A DNA stretch of 64,000 bases from a virus (lineage: Duplodnaviria; Caudoviricetes): positions 12,585 to 76,584 of IMG/VR virus record IMGVR_UViG_3300032305_001732. One strand, 5' to 3'. Shown in pieces: positions 26,405-37,000 of the stretch. A model generated the notes under the pieces. That model had not been told where the DNA came from. It saw only the letters and a program-made list of their open reading frames with translations, and made no database searches. The translations under genes and the position numbers were made by a program. The stretch's first letter is position 1; each line of letters opens with the position of its first letter.

Positions 26405-27421
26405 ATGACAGCAATTTCTTCTAAGACTGCCCTTGCAGAGTGGCAGCAGGTGCCGGCTCGAGTCGCCAGGCTTTTGCCGATGGCGGCTGCGTTGCGTCAT
26501 GCCCACGATAAAGCAGCCGCAGCAACAGGGCTATTGCAGCTGGCCGCTGTCAGCTGGGAGCCGGAAACCGCAAAGGTATTTGTTCATACAGCGCACCCGC
26601 AAACTGAGTACACGAAAAAAGCGTACTCGGACAAATTAGACGGCGAAGTGACATTTTTAACTACAGCGCCATCGACCGAGGCTGTTGTAGTCAAACTTGC
26701 TGAAACGTGGTTCCCGCAGATCGGGGAAGCTTGGCACGGCGCAAATAAAATGGTTGGCGGGCCTACGCCGCTATCAAATGCTATCGTGTCTGGATTAGCG
26801 CTCGGCGGCCTTGGCTATGGCGCAGGCGCACTAGTTGAGAATCTGTTCCCAGAGCGTTACATAGAGCGCGGCCAATTGCGTAAACCGCTTGCCGCGTTAG
26901 GTGGTTTAGGTGGCTTAGGTATTGGCGCAATGAATGCCGACGCGTTGGCGAAAATACCCGAGCTGAATAAAAATTTTTGGCAGGCGTGGTTAATCAACAC
27001 GGATAAAACAAAAATACCGGAACCAGTTAAAGCTGCTAATTTTGCTTTGCACTCAAACATTCGCGCGCCGATAATCAAGGTTGATGCCTTTAATCGCGCT
27101 GTGTGGTCTGATGCTAGCCGCGGCTTTGACCAAACTGGGATTGTTGGCGATGGTGGATTCACAGCGCCGCGAGTCGCCGCCGCTACTACAGGAATTGTTT
27201 CCGGCATAGCGGCACAATCGCGGTCGTCAATTATCAGCCCGGCTCACGTTATAACAGGTTTAGCGTCCGCGGGCGTCGGGTTGGCCACTGCTAGCCTTGC
27301 CGGTAGAACTCTTGGCGCGTTGGCTGGATTAACGCCAAGCGCACAAGAAAAAATACAAGATCTTGGGTTGTGGGGCGGGATGTTGAATGCTGTAATCCCG
27401 CCACTCTTTAGCGGACGTTAA
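26405..27421 (+). CDS. Putative internal virion protein with glycine zippers
   Basis: SKTA, VKLA and VKAA motifs; GLALGGLGYGAG, ALGGLGGLGIG and GVGLATASLAG helices; no Cys. Confidence 0.55.
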   Translation: MTAISSKTALAEWQQVPARVARLLPMAAALRHAHDKAAAATGLLQLAAVSWEPETAKVFVHTAHPQTEYTKKAYSDKLDGEVTFLTTAPSTEAVVVKLAETWFPQIGEAWHGANKMVGGPTPLSNAIVSGLALGGLGYGAGALVENLFPERYIERGQLRKPLAALGGLGGLGIGAMNADALAKIPELNKNFWQAWLINTDKTKIPEPVKAANFALHSNIRAPIIKVDAFNRAVWSDASRGFDQTGIVGDGGFTAPRVAAATTGIVSGIAAQSRSSIISPAHVITGLASAGVGLATASLAGRTLGALAGLTPSAQEKIQDLGLWGGMLNAVIPPLFSGR

Positions 27422-27483
27422 ATTTTTGCTTGTGGCGCATACGCAATTTGGCACAATAGGTAGATTCTTATAAGGAGCAATTT

Positions 27484-27885
27484 ATGGCAAAACTTTCAAC
27501 TGATCGCGTTGCGGCGATGACCGAGGCTTTAAACGCGCTGCCGGTAGAAGAAGTGCGTATGTTAGAGTCTGCTGACAACGCAGTCAGCGGGCAGTGGATT
27601 ACGCCAGAGTTTCTTTCGCTTCTCGCTACTGTGGCTGTTAATCTTGTCACTGCGGCAACCGTGGTTGGCTGGATTGACGCTACGCAAGCGCAAGAACTGG
27701 CAAAAGCCGTGTCAGCGATTATTGCCGCTGTGAGCGTTATTAGCGTTAACGGGCTTGTCGTGTGGAAGTATCTGGCTGGCCGTAACGAATTACAATCGCA
27801 AAAAATTCAGGCGCAATACCGCTACTTAGAGGTTGTCGCGTCTGAGCGTATTCAATGGGCGGCTAAACCAGCCTCACGCCGATGA
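27484..27885 (+). CDS. Holin-like two-TM membrane protein
   Basis: AAGGAG SD; two TM segments (after W.TPEF); basic C-terminus. Confidence 0.5.
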   Translation: MAKLSTDRVAAMTEALNALPVEEVRMLESADNAVSGQWITPEFLSLLATVAVNLVTAATVVGWIDATQAQELAKAVSAIIAAVSVISVNGLVVWKYLAGRNELQSQKIQAQYRYLEVVASERIQWAAKPASRR

Positions 27886-28289
27886 CTGAACAAGAACTGC
27901 ACAATCGGATCGAGTCGAGCCAGGCGCTACGGCGGGCAAAGGAGACGTTGTCTAACGAAGTCTCTTTTCGCGCTGGTCCGTCGGCTCGATTCGATCCGAT
28001 TACAATAATCATGATTATCTCGGTTATCGTGCAAGTACTTGCGTACTGCCGCAGTCGAAGAACATCAGATTTAATAATTGCCGATATCAAGAATGCGCGG
28101 GCGTTACCGCGGTGGCGTACGCGTAGATTACGCCAAAAACTAAATAAGCTGTGGGACGAATATTGCAATGGCGAAGAGGAGTGCGACGATAACGCATTTT
28201 TATCCTCAACGCTAGACTTTGCCGAAACAGCAACTGACGAGGAAATACACGAAGTTATGGCCCTCGCCGCCGAACAGCACAATACTTAA
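27882..28289 (+). CDS. Hypothetical single-TM protein
   Basis: FDPITIIMIISVIVQVLAYC hydrophobic segment; ATGA coupling to the upstream gene. Confidence 0.6.
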   Translation: MTEQELHNRIESSQALRRAKETLSNEVSFRAGPSARFDPITIIMIISVIVQVLAYCRSRRTSDLIIADIKNARALPRWRTRRLRQKLNKLWDEYCNGEEECDDNAFLSSTLDFAETATDEEIHEVMALAAEQHNT

Positions 28290-28305
28290 ACGCAGGGAGG
28301 CGTTT

Positions 28306-29115
28306 GTGGCAAAAAAATCAAAAGACAAAAACATTCTGTCGACGCAAGAAATTCTGCGTAAACTTCATGCTTACGGGTATTTTGGTAAGCAGCCATGGAC
28401 TACGACGAAGAAAACAAGCGGTAAAGCTCTAGAAGCCGCCGTACGCGAGTACCAGAAGTTTAATGGCTTAGAGCCCACTGGTGTCGTGGGCACGCGTACC
28501 GCGCATACTCTTGGGCATTATCGTTGCGGCTTGCCTGATTTTAATCTGACGTCTGGCGACAGCCCATGTAAGTGGCCGCACGCCAATATTACGTATTACT
28601 CTGAGCTGCAACTCCCCGGCGTGAGCGCTGAACAAGTGCAGCTTGCGTATGACACTGCGTTTGCTCAATGGGCTGCAGTATGTGATATCAATCCTGTACG
28701 AGTCGACTCGGCTGGTAAAGCTAATATTTACGCGCGTTCTGGTAAGGGAAAATCCGTCAATCTCGATGATCGCGGCGGTACGTTAGCGTGGAGTGAGTTA
28801 CCGTGCGGCGTTACGGAACAAATGCAGCTTGACCAAATGTACGACGAAGCGGAAGATTGGTCTTTTGACATGGCTGTTGCCGTTATTTGTCACGAGCTCG
28901 GCCACGCATTGGGGTTGGCGCATCTTAGTCGCGGTAATTTAATGGCGCCTTACTACAACCCAAATGTGCGCGCTCCGCAAAAAGGCGATATTGAGGAGAT
29001 GGTGGCGCTTTACGGTAAACGTAAAAAGGCTGCGCAAACAGCCCAAAGCGGCATTCAAGTTGCGGGTACAATTATGTTGAACGGGCAGCCCTACATGCTA
29101 GTTCCACAATTCTGA
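28306..29115 (+). CDS. Matrixin (M10A, MMP-like) metalloprotease with PGBD-like prodomain and cysteine switch
   Basis: GGGAGG SD + GTG start; AVREYQKFNGL..TG.VG helical domain; RCGLPD (28522-28539); KW...ITY; HELGHALGLAH; Met-turn LMAPYY. Confidence 0.85.
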   Translation: MAKKSKDKNILSTQEILRKLHAYGYFGKQPWTTTKKTSGKALEAAVREYQKFNGLEPTGVVGTRTAHTLGHYRCGLPDFNLTSGDSPCKWPHANITYYSELQLPGVSAEQVQLAYDTAFAQWAAVCDINPVRVDSAGKANIYARSGKGKSVNLDDRGGTLAWSELPCGVTEQMQLDQMYDEAEDWSFDMAVAVICHELGHALGLAHLSRGNLMAPYYNPNVRAPQKGDIEEMVALYGKRKKAAQTAQSGIQVAGTIMLNGQPYMLVPQF

Positions 29116-29163
29116 CATTCTGATATACTGACGCCACACGACAAATTTGACATGGAGGTCTTT

Positions 29164-29469
29164 ATGACGACGTTTCAGTTAGCCGCTATCGGCTTATTCT
29201 TAGTCGCTCTGGTAATTAACTACGGGCGGCAGATTCGGAGCGCGCTGCAGACATTGGTCAGCCGCTTTTATTTCCCTCCGGCTGCGCAGGCTGTTCCGGC
29301 CGTGGTTCCGGTAGCGCCGCCTGCCGTGCAGCCGTCTACTGCTTATACTGTTAACGATTTAGTTACAGTCACAGCGCTCCGTGACCGCCTCGCCGCCATT
29401 GGCTGCGTCGAGGGTGTTGACGCCTGCAAAATGCTTATTCGTATCATGATCGAGTTCAAGTTATCCTGA
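29164..29469 (+). CDS. Hypothetical membrane-anchored protein
   Basis: GGAGG SD; N-terminal TM segment. Confidence 0.6.
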   Translation: MTTFQLAAIGLFLVALVINYGRQIRSALQTLVSRFYFPPAAQAVPAVVPVAPPAVQPSTAYTVNDLVTVTALRDRLAAIGCVEGVDACKMLIRIMIEFKLS

Positions 29470-29478
29470 GGGTGACGT

Positions 29479-29907
29479 ATGAAAAATTTTGTATGGCTCG
29501 CTGCCGCGCTATTGATTTTGTCTTTTGTGTACCCAAACGGCCCGACGCTTCCAGTCACGCCGGCTGTAGCGCCAGACGGTCCCACTGACTCCGCGTTGCT
29601 CAAAATACTTGCGGCAGCGTCGCCTGCGGAAAAGGCACGTGTTCGCGATGTTTACACAGCACTTTGCGCTGTGCTGACTCGTGACGCAGGTAAGCGTCTC
29701 ACAACGACAGAGCAGTGGGCTGAACTGCATGCTCGTACGTTGCAATTAGCCATCGACACTCCGGGCAAATATCCGGGACTCGACGAAGCAATTGAAACAG
29801 TTTTTAAGACAACTGTTGGAACGGACGACGTGTTGCCTGGCAACGAAGATACCCGCAAAAAGCTTATTTCTGCTTGCGAAATTATTTCTAACACAGCGAG
29901 TCGTTAA
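29479..29907 (+). CDS. Hypothetical secreted/membrane-anchored protein
   Basis: Signal-peptide-like N-terminus followed by a Pro-rich linker. Confidence 0.6.
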   Translation: MKNFVWLAAALLILSFVYPNGPTLPVTPAVAPDGPTDSALLKILAAASPAEKARVRDVYTALCAVLTRDAGKRLTTTEQWAELHARTLQLAIDTPGKYPGLDEAIETVFKTTVGTDDVLPGNEDTRKKLISACEIISNTASR

Positions 29908-30369
29908 ATGTCTGCGCCGGTTGCGTTACTTATTTTTTTGTGCGCTGTTGTCGTGTTGATGTTGTTTGCGAAGTTGGTTGACGAGTTGCGTGTTCGTCGC
30001 ATTCGTCAGCCGCAATTTTTTTACGAACAGCAAGGAGACGATCCTATGACTGATTCCTTAACCTATACTATTGTGGCTGCGCCCGTTGTAGACGGCGACG
30101 TGGTTGAGCGGTTGCTTACGATTGTTGTGAATGGCGAAGACCAGGGCACGGCAGCGTTCCCTGCGACCGCTACAGAGCTTAGCGCGTTTACAGTTCCGCA
30201 GGACGCTAACGTAGTTTTGACGCTCGTTGATGTTGACGACGCCGGTAACAAGTCTGCCCCCGCTGTTGTTGAGTTTGTTGCGGCTGATACGCTGCCGCCA
30301 GCTCAGCCGGGCGCAATCACTGTTACGCTAGTGGGCGAGAAGACAAATTCGCCGTCTGACGAAGTCTGA
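29908..30369 (+). CDS. Ig/Fn3-like beta protein; alternative start at 30046
   Basis: N-terminal TM; internal AAGGAG SD before the in-frame ATG at 30046; VDVDDAGNKSAP...DTLPPAQP motif typical of Fn3-like ends. Confidence 0.55.
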   Translation: MSAPVALLIFLCAVVVLMLFAKLVDELRVRRIRQPQFFYEQQGDDPMTDSLTYTIVAAPVVDGDVVERLLTIVVNGEDQGTAAFPATATELSAFTVPQDANVVLTLVDVDDAGNKSAPAVVEFVAADTLPPAQPGAITVTLVGEKTNSPSDEV

Positions 30370-30386
30370 CATTTAAGGGAGCTGCC

Positions 30387-31412
30387 ATGGCTGATACTGA
30401 ATTTTCTTTCGAAAACGTATATGACGTCGTAGAGTCTTATGAAAAGGGCTTTATTGGCGCAGTATGCGACCCAGTGGCAACAGAAAAACTGCAGGCTGAT
30501 ATTGCGGCAGCCGGCGGTTTGCCACAGGGAGCTATGGCGTGCTCTGCTTATGGCTTAGAGGACTCCGGGAAGGGCAAGCTTAGTCTGCCCTTCCTGGAGA
30601 TCCTCAAGCTTTATCCGGACTCGTTACCGGGAGGCGCGCAGGGCCGTGGAGACTGTGTTTCATGGTCTACGCGAAACGCTGGCTTAACAACCATGTGTTG
30701 TGACATAACGAGTGGTACCCCAGACGAGGCAAGCGGTAAGTTGGAAGGCGCTCCCGAGGTTAGCGACACTGCTCGCCTCGCAGGCGTCCTCAGCACCGAA
30801 GCGATTTACAATTGGCGCCGTCACGGAGGCGACGGCTGGTCATGCTCAGAAGCAGCTTGCGTTGTGCTTAAAGACAGTGGGCTGTGGCTGCGCAAAAAGT
30901 ATGAAGAAATTGACGTTGATTTTACTGCATACAGCTCTCGTAACGCTGGCATCTACGGATCTAAAACTCCGCCGGATTCGTGGCGTAAGATCGGCGCTGA
31001 TCATTTAATTAGAACAGCCACAGTTCTCGACACATACGAGCAGCTCCGCGACATGCTCGCCAACGGTTATGGTGTGAGTAGCTGCGGTGGTGAAGGCTTC
31101 TCATCTGTCCGTGATTTAAATGGTGTAAGTAACCGATCGGGCTCTTGGGCCCATGCGCTCGCTTATATCGCAGTTGACGACCGCCCAGAAATTATTAACA
31201 TTTACGGCGAGCCATTAATAGCGGTCCAAAACAGCTGGGGAAATTGGAATGACGGTGGCCGCCGAATATTCGGTACGTTTGTCGATATTCCAGTTGGCTC
31301 GTTTTGGGCTCGCTGGTCTGACATTAAAAATCGCGACATGATCGCGTTGTCTGGTGTAAACGGGTGGCCGCCTAAGAAGCTAAAGAGCTACGGCGCGCGT
31401 GGGAACATTTAA
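30387..31412 (+). CDS. Papain-like (C1) cysteine peptidase
   Basis: QGRGDCVSW (oxyanion Gln and catalytic Cys), WAHAL (His) and VQNSWG (Asn). Confidence 0.85.
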   Translation: MADTEFSFENVYDVVESYEKGFIGAVCDPVATEKLQADIAAAGGLPQGAMACSAYGLEDSGKGKLSLPFLEILKLYPDSLPGGAQGRGDCVSWSTRNAGLTTMCCDITSGTPDEASGKLEGAPEVSDTARLAGVLSTEAIYNWRRHGGDGWSCSEAACVVLKDSGLWLRKKYEEIDVDFTAYSSRNAGIYGSKTPPDSWRKIGADHLIRTATVLDTYEQLRDMLANGYGVSSCGGEGFSSVRDLNGVSNRSGSWAHALAYIAVDDRPEIINIYGEPLIAVQNSWGNWNDGGRRIFGTFVDIPVGSFWARWSDIKNRDMIALSGVNGWPPKKLKSYGARGNI

Positions 31413-31421
31413 GGAATAATC

Positions 31422-31805
31422 ATGTCTAAGTTAATGCTCGGGGTGTTTGCGCTCACATGGTTTGGGATGTTTTATGCCGCTACACCCAGACAAGACTATA
31501 TCGGCGTGGTGTCGGCAGAGGCTGCTTATGCTTCTTTACTTCCTCGCACGACGCCGGTAAATCCGCCCAAACCGATTGATCCGAACTGCAAGACGTGTAA
31601 AGGCGCCGGGAAAGTTCCGTCGGGTGACGGACAGGGTTGGACAAAGTGCCCGACGTGCCAGCCAATGAGCACGCCGAAACCCGTACTGAAACAAACTGTT
31701 CCGCCTGGGCAGGGGTTTCCTCCGCGCAGCGTAACTCCGCCGCTTAGCGGCAATTGCCCTGACGGGAAGTGCCCGATCAGGGTTTACCAGATGATCCAGA
31801 GCTAA
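31422..31805 (+). CDS. Exported protein with DnaJ-type zinc finger
   Basis: Signal-like N-terminus; CKTCKGAG...CPTC; CPDGKCP. Confidence 0.6.
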   Translation: MSKLMLGVFALTWFGMFYAATPRQDYIGVVSAEAAYASLLPRTTPVNPPKPIDPNCKTCKGAGKVPSGDGQGWTKCPTCQPMSTPKPVLKQTVPPGQGFPPRSVTPPLSGNCPDGKCPIRVYQMIQS

Positions 31806-31811
31806 AAAATC

Positions 31812-32312
31812 ATGGCAGATCGCAAGGATGTGGTCGGTAAGTGTTACACATACCGCGGATTAAAGTTTTACGCGCAAAATGGATTTGTATGTTTACATGA
31901 CGAGTCCACGGGCGAGTTTTATGTCTTAACTCGCCGCGAGTTCCTAGACCGCGCCGCCGCGCTAGGCGAAGAAGCCAAACGCCTGCGGACCATGATGGCG
32001 GAAAATCCAGACCGCAAATGGATGGCGCAGGACCGTCTGGATCTGCAGGACGGCGTCGAGTTAATGATCGCCGCGGCTAAGGAAGCCAAAGAACAAGGCG
32101 ACCGCACCGACCCGAAAGTTGACGCGTGGTTTATGCGGCACCGCCCGCATCGTAAAAGCGTGCTGTCAATGGCGGGCGGTTCCAACTTCACATCGAAGAC
32201 GCCGGGCGCGCTTCCGCTTGGCCAAGATACAGGCCGTCATGTTAAACCTGACTTTTCAGTTTCTCCGGGGCAATCTGGTAAAAAGAAGCTTATCCTCCCC
32301 GGAGAGTTTTAA
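31812..32312 (+). CDS. Hypothetical protein
   Basis: Uninterrupted ORF in operon spacing; no recognised motif. Confidence 0.6.
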   Translation: MADRKDVVGKCYTYRGLKFYAQNGFVCLHDESTGEFYVLTRREFLDRAAALGEEAKRLRTMMAENPDRKWMAQDRLDLQDGVELMIAAAKEAKEQGDRTDPKVDAWFMRHRPHRKSVLSMAGGSNFTSKTPGALPLGQDTGRHVKPDFSVSPGQSGKKKLILPGEF

Positions 32313-32723
32313 ATGGATATTACACCGCAAGAAGCGTTTAAGCTCGGGTTTTTAGCTCGATGCGCTGAAGAGCAACTTACCGGTAAAGCGCTAGACGCGC
32401 GGCTTGAAAAAGTCGCTGAGTTTAACAAGGGTGCGTTTCTTGGCGGCTTGGCTAAGTGGTCTCCAGTAGATCTAGGCGGGCTAGCAAGCAGCGGCTTACA
32501 GAATACTGTTGCCGGACTGACAGCGCTTTATTCTACGCCGTTTGCTGCGTCAATCCTTGGCGGCGGGGCGCTTGGATACGGTACGGCAAAGATGGTTGAA
32601 CCGCCTGTTCACGACGACGAAATTAAAGCGCAAGAAATTGCCGACACGTACAAGCTTTATGCTGAGAAGGCTAGGGCGCGTAAAAAGATGCGTAAATACC
32701 GTATGGGAAATAGCACGCTGTGA
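32313..32723 (+). CDS. Putative internal virion protein (glycine zipper)
   Basis: Leader EAFKLGF...EKVA; ILGGGALGYG helix; basic C-terminus. Confidence 0.55.
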   Translation: MDITPQEAFKLGFLARCAEEQLTGKALDARLEKVAEFNKGAFLGGLAKWSPVDLGGLASSGLQNTVAGLTALYSTPFAASILGGGALGYGTAKMVEPPVHDDEIKAQEIADTYKLYAEKARARKKMRKYRMGNSTL

Positions 32724-33073
32724 GCATTAAAAAATACTACAGTGATCATGGCGGTCCGGCTCACGGCAACGACAGATTGCACTGGCCGGGTACTATGGAC
32801 GGCTACCCTGTACGCGGACAGGGATTACCGCCGGATCTAAAAAAGGAAGAGCTAGAAAATCTTGACCTGCAGCTAGATTTCAAGAGCAAGATGTTTGAGC
32901 TTTGGGATCCGCAGCAAAAGGCTGAGTTTGACGACGTAAACGATAAAATAGTCAACGGCTGGTATCTATTACAGCGTCGCAACGACAACTGGGACGACAC
33001 CAACAAGCATTTTCGCGTCTGGCTCGAGTGGGCGCAGGTTTACGGAATGCTGCCGCCAAAGGCTAAGCCATGA
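32720..33073 (+). CDS. Hypothetical protein
   Basis: GTG start overlapping the upstream stop; ORF fits the operon. Confidence 0.6.
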   Translation: MSIKKYYSDHGGPAHGNDRLHWPGTMDGYPVRGQGLPPDLKKEELENLDLQLDFKSKMFELWDPQQKAEFDDVNDKIVNGWYLLQRRNDNWDDTNKHFRVWLEWAQVYGMLPPKAKP

Positions 33074-34062
33074 ACAAAAACGAAAAACAAGCAGACTGGC
33101 TGGACACATTAGGCACTACCGGCGGCGCTGTAACTTCAGCGCTGGCTAAAGCGCCGGGGCAGCTGTGGGATGCTGGCGCACAGGCCGCTAAAAACTTCTA
33201 CCGGCACGGTACGACTGTTGTAACCCCCGCGGTACAAAAAGCTTACGAGGCCGCGCAAAAAGCGAAAGCAACTGCAGCGAGCCAGAAAGCGCAGAGCGAC
33301 GCGCAAAATAAAATTACTACGGATAACGCAGCGGCGAAGCAGCACGGTAGTGACATATTGACTTATGGCCTCGGTGGTCTTGGTGCTGGCATTGTATTAA
33401 CGCGCCTGCATCACCTGCTGTCTGGCGCGAATAAGCAGCAGCCCAAATACACGAAATTTGGGCCTGGGCCGCAGGGCGTCGAAGACGACGAAAAGATTGC
33501 CAACGATGATTGGTACACAAAAATCGTTAGCGCGCCCGGCCATCTTATCCAGAATTTTAGCGATCCTGCTAATAGGGACGCCGCAAAAGCTGTACTTATG
33601 CTAGGCGGCACAATGGGCGGATTATACGGCGGCTACTCAATTATGTCGCAGTTGGCCGAGAAGAAACGCAAAGAAGAGCTTCAAGCGCGCGTAGAAGACG
33701 CAAAAAAAGAATATCAGCGCGCGCTTACAGGCCGCAAAGTTGCTGAGGATCTAGACACAGCATTTGCGCGTATTAGCAAACAAGCGGAAAACGGCAAATC
33801 CGAAATTGTTCGCGATACTGCATTGTGGCTGGCTGACACTGCTTTTGAGCCCATTCGCAGGAGTGGCGCCATGCCGTTATATGCTAGTGCTGTTGCAGGC
33901 TCTGGCTTACTGTCTGGCAAGCTGATGTATGACTGGGCTCGCGCGCGTAGTAAAGACAAGGCTCTAGCTGAGGCGCGCAAAGCCCGCGCCAGAATCGGCG
34001 GCGCTGCTCCTATCTACATTGATCCTGAGCAGTTAGCTGCAGTAAAACGCGTCGCTGACTGA
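33070..34062 (+). CDS. Putative internal virion polyprotein with three to four K-x-A-delimited glycine-zipper repeats
   Basis: EKQA, EKIA, RKVA and SKQA each precede or follow a G-rich helix plus basic stretch; no Cys. Confidence 0.6.
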   Translation: MNKNEKQADWLDTLGTTGGAVTSALAKAPGQLWDAGAQAAKNFYRHGTTVVTPAVQKAYEAAQKAKATAASQKAQSDAQNKITTDNAAAKQHGSDILTYGLGGLGAGIVLTRLHHLLSGANKQQPKYTKFGPGPQGVEDDEKIANDDWYTKIVSAPGHLIQNFSDPANRDAAKAVLMLGGTMGGLYGGYSIMSQLAEKKRKEELQARVEDAKKEYQRALTGRKVAEDLDTAFARISKQAENGKSEIVRDTALWLADTAFEPIRRSGAMPLYASAVAGSGLLSGKLMYDWARARSKDKALAEARKARARIGGAAPIYIDPEQLAAVKRVAD

Positions 34063-34087
34063 TTTGAGCTGTATATGAGCAGAGACC

Positions 34088-37000
34088 ATGCCAGACTTAA
34101 ATCCGTCCAATTCTATTCTCGGACCCACTACGCGCGAGTTCGGTGACGTTCAGTCACTGCGCAGCGGTATTTTTAATCAAGCGCAGCAGTCGGCGTTGCA
34201 AGTAGCGCCGTTTGAGCCTGGCGCTATTCGTACAGGCATTTTTAATGGCGTGCTGCAGCAAGCACAGAATATCAAGCCAATACAAAATGATCTTTATACG
34301 CTCAGCCTGCAAGACGTGAATTACGAAGGCCCCGAGAACTTTACAAAAAAAGATCACAAGCAGGCAGTGCTGTCACACGGCAGTCTGGCGCGTAAATTGC
34401 GTGGTACTTGGACGTTGACTGACAACGCGAGCGGCGAAGCAATATCGCAACGGCGCGCAACGATTGCGAATGTGCCCTATCTAACGCACGCCGGCACGTT
34501 TGTGAACAATGGCGTCGAGTACACGCTGGCCCACCAGATGCGTTTACGCCCAGGTGTGTATACGCGTGAAAAAGACAACGGCGAGCTGGAAGCGCATGTA
34601 AACGTCCTTCCAGGCAAAGGCCGCATGCATCGTTACTTTCTTGACCCGAAGACCGGCGTATTCAAGATTAATATCGGCCAGGCGCAGATTCCGCTTATGC
34701 CCATGCTTAAAGCAATGGGTGTTCCAGAGCAGGAAATTCGCAAGGCGTGGGGTAATGAATTAACCGCCGTAAACATGGAGAAGGGCGATGCAGGAACTCT
34801 GGACAAACTGTATAACCGGCTGGTTTATAAACCCGTTGCCGACCTTGATCCCGCTGGTAAGCAAAAAGCTATTGCGGAAGAATTCAGCAAGATGGAGCTG
34901 GACCCGGAAGTCACTAAAAGGACGCTCGGCGCGCCGATTAAAAACCTAACGCCAGACGCAGTGCTCGCAATCACTAAAAAGCTTATAGCAGTTAATCGTA
35001 AAGAAACTGATCCAGATGACCGCGACAGCATGGCATTCCAGCAAGTATTCGGCCCTGAAGACCTTATTGCCGAGCGCTTCACAAAAGACCGGAATACGCT
35101 GCGGCAATTGCTATGGAAAGCTACGGCAAAAAAGACATTAGATCACGTACCGACTGGCGTATTTAACAAAGCTATTACGGCTGCGCTTGTCGGCAGCGGG
35201 TTAGGCTCGAGTCTTGAAGAAATTAACCCTGCTGAAATCTTCGACCACCAGGCTCGAGTTACGCGGCTAGGCGAGGGCGGTATTGGTAGTCTCGATGCCG
35301 TGCCGGTTGAAAGCCGAAGCGTGCAGCCTAGTCACTTCGGATTTGTGGATTATCTCCGCACTCCTGAATCTGGCAAAGTTGGCGTTGATATGCGTTTTGC
35401 TCGCGGGGCGCTTAAGGGCGCTGACGGAAAGATTTACACGCAGGTAAAAAACCTACAGACGGGCGAGACCGAATATAAATCTCCACAGGACATTGCCGAT
35501 GCGCCGCTGGCGTTTCCCGGCGAAGATACGTCCGATCTGCCGACAGTCGCCGCTATTGTTAATGGCAAAATGAAATACGTACCGCGTGAGCAGGTGCAGT
35601 ACATGCTTCCCCACATGGACGCGTCTTTCTCTTCGCTGTCTAACATGGTGCCACTCAAATCCATGATGAAGGGCCATCGCGTCATCATGGGTAGCCGTAT
35701 GTTCACGCAAGCATTACCGCTCGTTGGCGCTGAGGCGCCTTTTATTCAATCGGGCGTCCACGGTACACCAGACCGATCGTACGAAGATGAGATGGGCAAG
35801 CACATGGGCGCAATCCATGCAGACGGCCCGGCCCAAGTTGTATCTGTAACGCCTGACGAGATCGTTCTTCGCGATAAGGACGGCAACAAACGTTCCGTCG
35901 ATCTTTACAACGATGCACCATTTAATCGTAAAACATTCTGGACGCAAACACCGACAGTTCAGCCTGGTGATACGGTAAAGCCGGGACAGTTACTGGCAAC
36001 GTCTAATTTTACTGACAAGCAAGGCACTGCTGCGCTTGGGTTAAATATGCGCGTAGGCTATCTGCCGTTTAAAGGCTACGTGTATGACGACGCTGTGGTT
36101 GTTTCGGAATCTGCGGCAAAGCGCCTGACGTCTGAGCATATGTATCAGCACGAAGCAGAAGCCGACGACAACAATCATATAGACAAGCGTAAGTTCGTTA
36201 GTTTGTTTCCGCAGGAATATGATCGCAAGACGCTAGACAACTTTGACGATAACGGCGTGGTTAAAAAGGGTACGACTGTTAAATACGGCGACCCGCTTAT
36301 TCTTGTCAGCAAAGCTAATGAAACAACATACGGGCAGGTATATCGCGGCAAGTCGGCTAACTTCGCAAACGACTCCGTGACCTGGAATCACCATTCGCCG
36401 GGTATAGTTACAGACGTGTCGCCGACTAAAAAAGGTTACAGCGTTGTAGTTAAAAATCAGGCCCAGATGGAAGTAGGCGATAAGCTTACAGGTCGCTTCG
36501 GCGATAAGGGCGTCGTGGCAGCTGTTATTCCTGACGATCAAATGCCGAAAGACACACAGGATCGTCCGCTTGAGGTTCTGGTGAGTCCGCTTGGTTTGGC
36601 TAGTCGTATTAATCCTTCGCAGCTTGTAGAAGCCGCGCTAGGTAAAGTTGCAGAGCGGACTGGTCAGCCTTACAAGATTCAAGACTTCGATAGTGCGCGG
36701 GATCTCGTGCAATTTGCAAAAGACGAATTGCGCAAAAACAACATGAACGATCTTGAGAGCGTCACAGACCCAGAAACTGGTCGCAAGATTAAAGACGTGC
36801 TTGTAGGCAATCGTTTCTTTATGAAATTGCACCATACAGCTGAGGCCAAAGCACAGGGGCGATCGACCGGCGGCTACACGGCTGAAGGCGCGCCGGCAAA
36901 GGGTGGTGAAACAGGCTCTAAGCGAATCGGCACACTCGATCTTGGCGCTTTATTATCTCACGGCGCTGGGCAGGTTATTCGGGACGCGAAGATGGTGCGC

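Noticed and set aside
28306-28520. Reading the PGBD-like N-terminus as evidence of a classical endolysin
   Set aside because: The adjacent RCGLPD switch and M10A catalytic motifs fit an MMP-type prodomain better; peptidoglycan activity is unproven.
34157-34270. Short internal duplication at the RNAP N-terminus (SGIFNQAQQ / TGIFNGVLQQAQ)
   Set aside because: A diverged duplication of about 20 aa in a variable N-terminal extension; no evidence of function.
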